From a bacterium (GTDB taxonomy: Bacteria; Patescibacteriota; Microgenomatia; UBA12405), in the NCBI GenBank assembly GCA_021817905.1, contig JAKAFM010000001.1, positions 3,985-67,984 on the forward strand: a DNA stretch of 64,000 bases. Direction: 5' to 3'. Below, one piece after another: positions 1-10,200 of this stretch. Position 1 is the first letter of the stretch. Each line of letters opens with the position of its first letter. The notes under the pieces are model-generated. The model searched no databases and had not been told where the DNA came from. It saw only the letters and a list, made by a program, of their open reading frames with translations. A program made the translations under genes and the position numbers.

Positions 1-81
1 ACAAACCAACTGTCAAATGAAGATCTGAAGCTTTATTAGCCACTGCTAAATCCAATAGTTGTTTGATTTTTGTATGCATAA

Positions 82-1821
82 TTAATATTGCGCCACCCGC
101 AAGACTTCTTCAATAGTAGTAATATTTTCCAAAACTTTAACATAACCATCTTGTTTCATCGTCAACATTCCTTCCTCCATTGCCAACTTTTGCAATGCTG
201 AGGAGGGGGCTTTTTCCACCACCAGTTTACTCAGTTTTTCCGATATCGGCATCACTTCATAAATAGCAATACGTCCTAAGTATCCAGTATTATTACACTG
301 ATCACACCCCTTAACTTTAGCCAACGTCATAGCTTTACCTTCACTTTTCCATTTTTCCTCAACCGATTCATATATTGGTCCCAACACCTGCTTCATATCG
401 GCCACTACCTCTGGGGGAATAGGTATTTGTTCAACACACGTTTTACACACTTTACGCAACACCCGCTGTCCCACTACACAATTAAGAGACGATACTAATA
501 GAAACGGCTCAACCCCCATATCCAACATCCGCGGTGGCACTCCAGAAGCATCATTGGTATGCAAAGTTGAAAACACCAAATGCCCGGTAAGTGAAGCATT
601 GATTGCCAATTCTGCTGTTTCTGTATCCCGAATTTCCCCAACCATAATGACATTAGGATCCTGACGCAAAAAAGACCTCATTGCCGAAGCAAACGACAAT
701 CCTGCCTGATTGTTAACTTGCACTTGATTGACTCCTTTAATTTGATATTCCACCGGGTCCTCAATCGTCATCACATTTACTGTTGGTTTTGCCACAATAT
801 CGAGAACCGAATAAAGCGTCGTAGTTTTTCCAGAACCAGTTGGTCCACAGACAATAATAATGCCATGAGGTCTAGCAATAGCATCCATTAAATTTTTAAG
901 TGCTCGACCTCTCAACCCTAAATCCTGCAAAGTCGGTACTTTTATCGACTTTTGCAATAACCGCATTACCACCTTCTCTCCATAAGTAGTTGGCACAGTT
1001 GATACCCGCAAATCAACATCACGGCCATCGACCGAAAAGAAAAAACGTCCGTCTTGTGGTACCCGCTTTTCATCAATCTTCAAATTGGACAAAATCTTTA
1101 TTCTTGAAACAACCGCGTCGTGAACATTGCGGGGTAAAATATATTTCTCCTGCAAAATACCATCAATACGATATCTGATCCGTACATTATCCTCCTGCGG
1201 TTCAATATGAATATCCGATGCCCGCGACTTCATGGCAAACTCCAAAATCGTCGAAACTATTTTTGCCACCGGAGCCTCAGCGGTAACTTTTTGCCTGCTC
1301 TCCGACAGCGCTTTCTCCTCGTCTTTATGTTCGTCAAGCGCTTTTGTTACTTCAGAGGTAATACTCTTTTCCCGTTCGTATTTTTCTTTTATAGCCTCAT
1401 CAATTTGTCGAGGCATAGCCATCGCCGTTTTAATTTTAAAGCTTGTTTTCTTTTCCAAAAATTCGACGGTTTCTAAGTCAACCGGATTCACCATGGCCAC
1501 CGACAAGGTTTTATTTTTGGTATCAATATCGTAAGGGACCAAATGATATCGCTCGGCTACACTTTCGGGAACCAATGCCAATGATTCCGGAGCAAATCCT
1601 ACTTTCTCCAGATCAATAAAAGGGACCCGTAAAAAATCAGCCTTTGCTTCGACTAATTCACGATCAGTTACCAACCTAAGTGCCCGCAAAATTGATTCTT
1701 CTGACTCGCCTGTTTTAAGCTGCCGTAAAGCCACCTCATCAGCTTTGGTCTGGTTAATCAATTCTCGATCAACCAAAACTTCTCGTAGACTCTTATAGAC
1801 CTTGGGGGCAGAATCAGTCAT
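82..1821 (-). CDS. pilB: Type IV pilus/T2SS assembly ATPase (PilB/GspE family)
   Basis: N-terminal MshEN/T2SSE_N-like region, ASDIHIEP, Walker A GPTGSGKTT, TIEDPVE, LRQDPNVIMVGEIRD, TGHLVFSTLHTN, tetracysteine motif. Confidence 0.9.
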   Translation of the reverse strand: MTDSAPKVYKSLREVLVDRELINQTKADEVALRQLKTGESEESILRALRLVTDRELVEAKADFLRVPFIDLEKVGFAPESLALVPESVAERYHLVPYDIDTKNKTLSVAMVNPVDLETVEFLEKKTSFKIKTAMAMPRQIDEAIKEKYEREKSITSEVTKALDEHKDEEKALSESRQKVTAEAPVAKIVSTILEFAMKSRASDIHIEPQEDNVRIRYRIDGILQEKYILPRNVHDAVVSRIKILSNLKIDEKRVPQDGRFFFSVDGRDVDLRVSTVPTTYGEKVVMRLLQKSIKVPTLQDLGLRGRALKNLMDAIARPHGIIIVCGPTGSGKTTTLYSVLDIVAKPTVNVMTIEDPVEYQIKGVNQVQVNNQAGLSFASAMRSFLRQDPNVIMVGEIRDTETAELAINASLTGHLVFSTLHTNDASGVPPRMLDMGVEPFLLVSSLNCVVGQRVLRKVCKTCVEQIPIPPEVVADMKQVLGPIYESVEEKWKSEGKAMTLAKVKGCDQCNNTGYLGRIAIYEVMPISEKLSKLVVEKAPSSALQKLAMEEGMLTMKQDGYVKVLENITTIEEVLRVAQY

Positions 1822-1851
1822 AATCTAGTATCATAGTAATCAAACGACAGT

Positions 1852-2499
1852 ATGATTGCAACAAATCTTTTTCCATCCACCATCATTACCAACGCTGATT
1901 CAAGCCAAAGAAGTGAGTTTTTGCACCAGATACTTAAAAGTCTCGACAATCTTCCCTCAGCAAATAATCCTGATGTTTTTGCCATCAACGACCAATCAGG
2001 GTGGGGAATCGATATTGTTCGCCAACTCATCAAATTCTTTACCCTTAAACCGGTAAACCACAACTCAAAAGTTGGCATCATTTATGATGCCCAGAACTTA
2101 GAAATTGCTGCCCAAAATGCTTTACTAAAAATCCTTGAGGAGCCACCGGCAAACTGTTATCTTATTCTCCTTGTTACCAATGCCAACAACCTGATTACCA
2201 CCATCAAATCGCGGTGCCAGATTATGCAGTTACCCACTGCAACCTCCAATCAAACTTCACTCGAAATTCAACCATCGGCTAATCTTATTAATAATTTTGC
2301 CATTGTTGATGATATTTTGGGTAGGTTTTCTAAACCCGATATTATTGTATGGCTCGATAATCAAATGATTTGCGCACAACAACAATTAATTATTGGGAAA
2401 ATTGGCCCAGAGATACTAACCAAAATTATAAAATCACGCGCCATGATTACTGCCAACGTCGACCCCCGTTCAGCACTCGATTGGCTCTACCTAAGTTAA
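1852..2499 (+). CDS. holB: DNA polymerase III delta-prime-like subunit (compact)
   Basis: AAQNALLKILEEPP and TIKSRC sensor motifs; no Walker A or Zn finger visible. Confidence 0.75.
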   Translation: MIATNLFPSTIITNADSSQRSEFLHQILKSLDNLPSANNPDVFAINDQSGWGIDIVRQLIKFFTLKPVNHNSKVGIIYDAQNLEIAAQNALLKILEEPPANCYLILLVTNANNLITTIKSRCQIMQLPTATSNQTSLEIQPSANLINNFAIVDDILGRFSKPDIIVWLDNQMICAQQQLIIGKIGPEILTKIIKSRAMITANVDPRSALDWLYLS

Positions 2500-2554
2500 T
2501 TAACCGCACTTTCCCCTCACACAAAACTTTTTTTGGTGTATAATCGTTTTACCA

Positions 2555-3688
2555 ATGTTTTACCCGATCTTCTCAATTAACAACCAGATTTTGAAAAATA
2601 TCGGAGGCATCGAAGGAGCCAAAGCTGTCATTGATGATTCGCCCTTGGTTCCCGCCTATGAAAAACAGTTTCAGCAGGATGCTATTGTTCGCACTGTCCA
2701 CTTTGGAACTCGCATTGAAGGTAACGATTTAACGTTTCAGGAAGTTGCCAAACTAGTTGAAGGGCGGCAAATCACTGCTAGTCAGCGCGATATTCAAGAA
2801 GTCATCAACTATCGAAATGTTATGTCATACCTTGAAGAATTATGGGCTCTTTATGATGCCAATATGCCTCTTCCTGAAGAAAAAACGGTACCTAATTTCG
2901 AAGATAAAGCTCATCGGCCATTTTACTACAGCGAAACCATACTTAAAAAAATTCATGCCCTAACCACCGACAAAGTCATTCCCGACGGTGAACTAGGCAA
3001 ATACCGCCACCAACAAGTTGTCCTCAAAAACACCCGCACCGGTGAAATTGCCCACCGACCTCCCCCAGCCATCGAAGTACCCTACCTCGTTGCTGATTTC
3101 ATTGCCTGGCTTAATCACTCCACCTCACGGGACATACATCCGGCTATTAGAGCTGCCATCACCCAATACATTCTTGTTGCTATTCACCCTTTCATTGAGG
3201 GCAATGGACGTGTCAGTCGGGCATTTGGCCTATTACCACTTTATGTTGAAGGTTACGATATTCGCCGTTTATTTTCACTCGAAGAATATTTCGACCGTAA
3301 CGCCGAAAGTTACTATAACACTATCCAAGAAACCCATCTTAAAGCCTCTGATATTTTTAAGCGTGACATGACCACCTGGATCGAATACTACACCCAAGCC
3401 TTGGCCATTGAGTTAATCCGGGTTAAAGAAAAAGTCCAAGCCTTATCTCGCGACATTAAACTTAAACAAAAGTTAGGTGGCAAGCAGATCCCATTAAGTG
3501 ACCGCCAAATTAAATTAGTTGAATTTATGCAACAGTTCGGTGGACTACGTATGCCGGACGCCAAAGAACTTTTCCCCATGATTTCCGACGATACTATCTG
3601 GCGCGATCTCAAAAAACTAATTGATGACGGTGTGGTTGAAAAAAGAGGCTCAACCAAAGGTGCCTATTACTGTCTAGTCAACGCCTAA
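2555..3688 (+). CDS. Fic-domain protein with C-terminal HTH
   Basis: Canonical HPFIEGNGRVSR motif; N-terminal inhibitory-helix-like TRIEGN; C-terminal DeoR-like wHTH (SDDTIWRDLKKL...GSTKGAYY). Confidence 0.9.
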   Translation: MFYPIFSINNQILKNIGGIEGAKAVIDDSPLVPAYEKQFQQDAIVRTVHFGTRIEGNDLTFQEVAKLVEGRQITASQRDIQEVINYRNVMSYLEELWALYDANMPLPEEKTVPNFEDKAHRPFYYSETILKKIHALTTDKVIPDGELGKYRHQQVVLKNTRTGEIAHRPPPAIEVPYLVADFIAWLNHSTSRDIHPAIRAAITQYILVAIHPFIEGNGRVSRAFGLLPLYVEGYDIRRLFSLEEYFDRNAESYYNTIQETHLKASDIFKRDMTTWIEYYTQALAIELIRVKEKVQALSRDIKLKQKLGGKQIPLSDRQIKLVEFMQQFGGLRMPDAKELFPMISDDTIWRDLKKLIDDGVVEKRGSTKGAYYCLVNA

Positions 3689-4465
3689 AATCTTTTGGAA
3701 CTTACCAACATACTCGCGTGCATACTTTTTAAGCATTTTTACAATCTGGTAATTATTAATTTTTTTAAGCGCTTTTTCCCAACTCACCCAATCACGCACT
3801 GACTTCAGACTCTCAAGTTGTTCACGGATATCATCACTCAATATTCCTTTAATTTTTGCCTTTTCCATGGCTATTTCTACTCCTTCTTTGATATATTGCC
3901 AACTTGCCTCGCTAAGAGCCATCTTTTCGTATTTTTCCAAATGAATAACGTTCATGTTAACTACTTTCCACTGATCAAAAACACTATTAAGGTAAGTTTC
4001 CACTCCCAACCGACTCGCCTCTATATGAGCTAAATGCGGCAACAAATCATTTCTAAAATATGCCCGTTCACCGGTTAAATTAGAAAATAATTGCGATTTA
4101 TTTTTGAATCCGCCCAATACTACCTTGGCACGATGAGTCGTCAGCGGTTTTGCCAAGGCCTCAACCTCTGTCGCATTCAAATTTATCAAATCACTATCAC
4201 AAAAAATAACGATATCTCCTTTAGCCTGTTTCACCCCGGCCGCCATCGCTGCCCCCTTACCTCGATTTTTACGAAACGAAATTATTCGCAATTTTTTCCG
4301 GGAACAACTACTTAACTGTCCCAAACTTCCATCGGTGGAACCATCATTAATAGCAATTATTTCGTCAATTTTATCACCCAAACATAATGCTTCCACCACC
4401 CCCTTAACCGTCTTTTCTTCGTTATATACCGGAACAATAACTGTCAACTTAAAACCTGCAATCAT
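3674..4465 (-). CDS. Glycosyltransferase family 2
   Basis: VIVPVYNEE, INDGSTD, NRGKGAA, DSD (DxD) motifs. Confidence 0.9.
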   Translation of the reverse strand: MIAGFKLTVIVPVYNEEKTVKGVVEALCLGDKIDEIIAINDGSTDGSLGQLSSCSRKKLRIISFRKNRGKGAAMAAGVKQAKGDIVIFCDSDLINLNATEVEALAKPLTTHRAKVVLGGFKNKSQLFSNLTGERAYFRNDLLPHLAHIEASRLGVETYLNSVFDQWKVVNMNVIHLEKYEKMALSEASWQYIKEGVEIAMEKAKIKGILSDDIREQLESLKSVRDWVSWEKALKKINNYQIVKMLKKYAREYVGKFQKILGVD

Positions 4466-4485
4466 TAGCTCTATAATAGCAAAGG

Positions 4486-6444
4486 ATGACCTACTACAAC
4501 TTAAGCGATTTTAACCTCGACACTCTTTCTCCCAACATTTTGGGCGAAATACTTATCGAAGCCAAAAAAGCTTACTACACTACCGGCAAACCGATTATGG
4601 ACGATCACACCTATGACACGTTGGAAACTATTCTAAAACAAAAAAACCCCTACCATCGCCTCTTTAAAAAAGTCGGTCATCAAAACTTTGATACCGGCTT
4701 TGATAAAAAAAATCATCAAATGGCCATGGGATCCGAAAACAAAGTTACTACCTACGAAGAACTTAAAAAATATTTTGAACTAAAAAAAATTCCGCCCACT
4801 ACCGATTTTGTTGTCCAACCAAAATGTGACGGCATTTCTCTTGAAATAATCTACCAAAACGGTCAGCTTGTCGAAGCCATTACTCGGGGAGACGGTTTTA
4901 TTGGCGACATTATTACCCAAAATGTGATCAAGATGCAAAACGTAGTCATCAATTTACCCCAAAAATTCACCGGTTCTGTCCGTACTGAAATTGTAGTTAC
5001 TACCCGAGACTTTATAAAACTCAATCAACAGGTCAAATCCGAGGATGCGTATTCCAATCCTCGCAACGCTGCCTCAGGATTAGCCCAACGTCTTGATGGT
5101 CAATATGCAGAATTTTGCAGCCTCTATGCAGTTGATATGATGAGCAAAAACCCTCCATGGGACAATTCCACTGAATCAGAAAAAATAAATAAGCTGTCTT
5201 CTCTGGGATTTACCACCGTCGAATCTCATCTTTGTCATACCTTTACCGACATCGAAAAAATCTATCAACTTTTTTTAACCACCAAACGACAAACCTACCC
5301 CTACGAAATTGACGGGTTAGTTATAAAAATCAACAATCTCAAGCTACAAGAAGAACTGGGCCGTCTCAATAATCGCCCCAAAGGCCAAGTTGCCTATAAA
5401 TTTCCCGCCAGTAGCAATCTCAGTCGAATTATCGCTATTGACTGGCAAGTCGGCCCCTTAGGAACCATCACCCCTGTTGCCCAAATAGAACCGGTCGAAA
5501 TTTCCGGCGCTATTATTACCTATGCCTCACTGGCTAACCTCGACTTAATCAAAGAAAAAAACATCAATCTTAACGATATCGTCAAAATTAGCCGCCGCGG
5601 CGATGTTATTCCCCACATCGAAACCGTAGTCACCAAAGTTACCCCGGGTTTTATAAAACCACCCACCCTATGCCCTGAATGCCACACCACCCTGATTCAA
5701 GACCATAAATTTCTTAAATGTCCCAACCCTGTCTGCCCCGCCCAAACCCTTGGTTTACTTAGACTCTTTTGCTCCGTCCTTGATATCAAAGGTATTTCCG
5801 AAAAAACTATCGCCAAATTAATCACCGCCGGCAAAATTAATCACCCTGGAGATTTTTATAAACTAACGGTCGCTGATTTTAATAACCTAGAAGGCTTAGG
5901 AGAAAAATCAGGGACTAACATTGTTCATCAAATTCAGTCCAAACGTGAACTCGATCTGGAGACCATCTTTCATGCAGCCGCCATTCCTCATTTTTCTCAT
6001 GCCCGGATCAGACAACTTATTAGCGCTGGCTTTAACACCCCGACCAAACTACTCAATATCTCCATCGAACAACTTGAAACCCTTCCCGGCATCCAAATTA
6101 CCCTCGCCAACAAAATTTACAACGGTATTCACCTACGTCGTACTAATATCGAGTCTATTTTATCCCACGTAACTATTAAGAATTTGAAATTAGAAATTAG
6201 AAATTTGACATTGGCTGGTTTATCTTTTGCCATTACCGGTCAGCTTTCTCAACCCCGTCCAAAAATACAATCAGTGATTGAAGCCGCCGGTGGCAAGATA
6301 GCCAACACCATTACCAAAACGACTTCCTACTTGGTTACCAATGAAACAGACTCGGATTCCTCAAAATTCCTTGCTGCTAAAAAATTTAATATCCCCATCA
6401 TTACCGAAGAAAAACTTTATAAATTTATCAAAATAGCAGAATAG
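4486..6444 (+). CDS. ligA: NAD-dependent DNA ligase
   Basis: KCDG adenylation motif, NPRNAASG, EIDGLVIK, AYKF, RRGDVIP, Cys4 Zn finger, HhH repeats, BRCT. Confidence 0.97.
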   Translation: MTYYNLSDFNLDTLSPNILGEILIEAKKAYYTTGKPIMDDHTYDTLETILKQKNPYHRLFKKVGHQNFDTGFDKKNHQMAMGSENKVTTYEELKKYFELKKIPPTTDFVVQPKCDGISLEIIYQNGQLVEAITRGDGFIGDIITQNVIKMQNVVINLPQKFTGSVRTEIVVTTRDFIKLNQQVKSEDAYSNPRNAASGLAQRLDGQYAEFCSLYAVDMMSKNPPWDNSTESEKINKLSSLGFTTVESHLCHTFTDIEKIYQLFLTTKRQTYPYEIDGLVIKINNLKLQEELGRLNNRPKGQVAYKFPASSNLSRIIAIDWQVGPLGTITPVAQIEPVEISGAIITYASLANLDLIKEKNINLNDIVKISRRGDVIPHIETVVTKVTPGFIKPPTLCPECHTTLIQDHKFLKCPNPVCPAQTLGLLRLFCSVLDIKGISEKTIAKLITAGKINHPGDFYKLTVADFNNLEGLGEKSGTNIVHQIQSKRELDLETIFHAAAIPHFSHARIRQLISAGFNTPTKLLNISIEQLETLPGIQITLANKIYNGIHLRRTNIESILSHVTIKNLKLEIRNLTLAGLSFAITGQLSQPRPKIQSVIEAAGGKIANTITKTTSYLVTNETDSDSSKFLAAKKFNIPIITEEKLYKFIKIAE

Positions 6445-6547
6445 ACAGTAGACTGCTAATAAATCGACAAAATTACATTATGCCTATAAATAGGAAATTT
6501 ATCAATATATAACAAACAATATCAATTAATATCATATATACTACACT

Positions 6548-7066
6548 ATGCAACTGATTATTGGATTAGGCAATCCAGACAAGGACTATCAATTCACCCG
6601 ACACAATCTAGGTCATCAAGTAATCTCCCGTCTTTCTGTTAAGCTACAAACAAAGCTGACCTCTCAACCAAAATTTAATGCCAATTTATCTAAAGTCAAA
6701 AATACTCTTTTAGGGATCACCACCGAATACATGAACAACTCAGGGCTTTCTGTCCAAAAAATACTTAATTACTACAAAATTGAACCTCAGAACCTCTATC
6801 TTATTCATGATGATTTAGATTTAGGAGTAGGGGAGTGGAAGAAGCAATTTGACCGGGGCCCCGCTGGCCACAACGGGGTTATCTCCACCATCAACCACAT
6901 TCAAACCCAACAATTTTGGCGCTACCGCCTTGGTATTGGCCATCCCGAAGGCAATATGCCCGTCGAATCCTATGTCCTCCAACCGTTCACCCCTAACGAA
7001 AAAGTGATAATCGACCAAACCATTGATAAAATAGTTGAGGACTTAATTGCCCTTATTGATACTTAA
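6548..7066 (+). CDS. pth: Peptidyl-tRNA hydrolase
   Basis: IIGLGNP, TRHNLG, YMNNSG, HDDLD, GHNG motifs. Confidence 0.97.
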   Translation: MQLIIGLGNPDKDYQFTRHNLGHQVISRLSVKLQTKLTSQPKFNANLSKVKNTLLGITTEYMNNSGLSVQKILNYYKIEPQNLYLIHDDLDLGVGEWKKQFDRGPAGHNGVISTINHIQTQQFWRYRLGIGHPEGNMPVESYVLQPFTPNEKVIIDQTIDKIVEDLIALIDT

Positions 7067-7069
7067 AAG

Positions 7070-7140
7070 GGGCCCGTAGTTAAACGGTATAACACGTCAT
7101 TCGCATTGACGCATTAGGAGTTCAATTCTCCTCGGGTCCA
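7070..7140 (+). tRNA. tRNA-Ala (anticodon CGC)
   Basis: Acceptor GGGCCCG/CGGGTCC with G3:U70 pair, anticodon arm CGTCA-TTCGCAT-TGACG, T arm AGGAG-TTCAATT-CTCCT, discriminator A; CCA not encoded. Confidence 0.92.
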
Positions 7141-7218
7141 CTCTGCATTAGCACAAAGTCCGTGAGCTTTAGCGAAACGGATTGCAGAAAGGGCGGTTCG
7201 ACTCCGCCATGGTCCACC
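7141..7218 (+). repeat. Small hairpin repeat followed by a 3' fragment of a second tRNA-Ala-like gene
   Basis: TCTGCA...TCCGT-GAGCTTTAGCGAA-ACGGA...TGCAGA hairpin, then T-arm GGCGG-TTCGACT-CCGCC and ATGGTCCA acceptor strand with no 5' half. Confidence 0.7.
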
Positions 7219-7250
7219 CCATTTTTTATTCCTATGGATATAATGGTATA

Positions 7251-10200
7251 GTGAAGCGATTTTCTAAACTTTTAGCAGTAACCCTTATTCTAATTTTGGG
7301 AAGTTTTTTAGCCTATCGGCTTATTACTCAGTCACGACCTGTCCAGGCCGATTGGTACAACGATTCCTGGGCCTTTCGTAATGCTCTGCCTATAACCAGC
7401 CATTCTGTTGGCGAAACTAACGTTTATATCGTCGCCACGCTCAACATCAGTGCCACCGCCAACGCCCAGACTAACGATGCCGATATTCGCATTACCAAAA
7501 CAAACGGTGAAGTTTTACCCTATTACTTTGTCTCCGGAGTCGGCACCACCTCCATTGTCGTTCATGTTTTAATTGATAATTTTCCGGCTGGAGCTCAAAC
7601 ATTGTATTACTACTATGGCAACCCTAGCGCTCGGCCAATGGTCAGCCAAACTGATTTTTCCACTCTTGCCAGCAGCTACACCATCGGCACCCTCGGCTCT
7701 CAAGAAAAATCACCCGGCCCCCTTGCCTACTGGAAATTTGATGAAGGTCAGGGTTCAGTAACCAGTGATTCCGTCTCCAACCATTACCTAACTTTTGGCA
7801 CAGGTAGTTCCGCGCCATCCTGGGCAACCGAAGATCAATGTGTCAGTGGCAAATGTCTTTACTTTAATGGCAACAATTATTTGGCCAGCTCCGAAACATT
7901 TAACAATGTCCAATCTGTTTCTTTTTGGGTCAACCCCAAAAATGCGACACAAGGATTTGCCCTACCCTCATTTTCCCCCAGTACTTTACTTACCGGATAC
8001 ACTGGAAGCAATGCCAATTATTGGATATTTGAAACTACCGCTTCTAAGAGAATTGCTCAGAGTTTTCAACTAGGCCAAACCTCACAAATAGCTCAAATCT
8101 CATTTTACGGCCACCGATCAACTATTAATCAAAATTGGACCGTTCAATCCGATATTGAAACCGATAATGCTGGAATTCCATCAGGAACTATTATTAGCAC
8201 TAGTGATTGTATGCCATTTAATAATCTTGACACCGCCAACAATGTTCCCATTACTTTTAACTACAGCACACCCCCAACTTTGACGGGCAACACAACTTAC
8301 CATGTCGTATTTAAAATTTATAATGATTCATCCTGTACTACAGAACAAACTGTAAAAGATACCCAAAATTATGTTTTTATTCGATACAACACTACTAATA
8401 CCTACACTTCAGGTAATGAATCACTTTATAGTTCTAGTGACGTATGGACTGCCCAAACAGGAGAAGATGTCGCCTTCAGCGTTACCTCTACCAATAATGT
8501 TGTTGATATCGGCTCTTCTTCTGGGCAAATCGTTACCACCGGATTTTCGTCACCAACTATCTACATTAATGGCATTCTCAAAACAACACTTAATCTCAAT
8601 CAATGGCAACTTGTTACCGTCACTACTGCCACTCCTTTTTCAGCCGTCAATCCTAGTCTTGGGCAGTCAAACACCGCTTTTGCCACTGCTTATATGGATA
8701 ACTATAAACTATATTCTTATCAACTGACTGCTAACCAGGTCAAAGCAGAATTTAATTCTAAGGGGATCACTACCAATAAAGGTTCAGCCGTTAATCTAGG
8801 ATCCAACAACCGTAATTCCGATGCGTTATCTCAAGGGTTGGTCGGATATTGGAAATTAGATGAAAACATCGGTACTTCCACACTTGATTCTTCAGGAAAC
8901 AATAATACCGCCGTCTTCGGTACCGGCACTTCCGCTCCAAGTTGGGCCTCTGGTAAATTTGGTATTGGCTTAAGTTTTAATACCAATGATTACGCTTCCA
9001 TCGGAAACACCATTACTATTAGCAGCTTTTCCCTTTGGTATTATCCTACTACCACCGCTCCTGCTTTCCTCGAATTCGACGCATCAACCAACATTGGTGC
9101 ATCAGCCTCCACCATCTACACTAATGGCATTTCCTCTCCGAAAATTTATATTGACGGTAACCCATCACTCTCAATTGGCACGACTAATACTTGGCACCAC
9201 TTAGTTGTAACTACCAGCTCAACCATTATCGGCTCGTTGATCAAATTTGGAAAAGCCGGTTCCTTTTTTCTAAACGGTCAACTTGACGATATCCATTTTT
9301 ACAACCGCACCCTCTCTCCTTTAGAAGTCCAATATCTTTACGGTTGGGCTCCGGGTCCGATTGGCTATTGGAATTTTAACGAAAATAATAATCTCAACAA
9401 TATTGCTAACGATATTTCTGGTAGTAACAATCCTTTCACACTTTACGGACCTCTCTATACTGCTGGGAAATATGGTTCATCCTTAAAATTTAATGGTACT
9501 AGTAGCTATGGCGTCACCTCATCTCCTCTCACTATACTTAACGGAAAAGGTGCTTTTACCGTCTCTGCTTGGATAAACCCCACTTTTGCATCCAACGCCT
9601 CCACACGCCCACTTCGTCACATTGCTGCTTTAGGTGGAAGTTATGGACCAAATCTCAACTTTATTGACAATGGCACCAAATATTATATTGACTGTAGTGT
9701 TTGGAATACTGCAGTAACCGGCATAAACGTAAACACCTCCTCCACCGGACTTCCCACCTGGTCTGCCAATACTTGGCATTATTATACTTGCCGCTATACT
9801 GGTAGCATCATTGAATTATACTGGGACGGACAACTCTTAGCATCATCCGCCGGCTCAGGAAACGTTCACAATAGTGACGGCCCCGCTTATTTAGGCTCTG
9901 TCAATAGTAGCTTAGAGTTTTGGTCAGGACTAATTGATGACCTTAAAATTTACGACTACCCCCGTACCCAAAAACAGATCATTGAAGACATGAATGCCGG
10001 CCACCCCGCTGCCAACCCCAATTCAATGCTTGCCTACTACAAATTTGATGAAGGTTATGGATCCATTGCTAATAATTCCACCAATAATGGTTCAGTACTC
10101 AACGGCACCCTCGGCCCTGGTTCTTCCGCTCCCACTTGGACCAATAATGGCAAATTTGGCCGAGCTCTAAGTTTTAGCTCTACTAACAATGGTCAATATG

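Noticed and set aside
7141-7218. tmRNA or a second complete tRNA
   Set aside because: Only a T-arm and 3' acceptor strand are present; there is no matching 5' strand, anticodon arm or tag ORF
7182-7250. ORF-track N-terminal extension of the LamG protein
   Set aside because: Runs through the tRNA fragment; GTG 7251 follows a TATAAT box and begins a proper signal/TM segment
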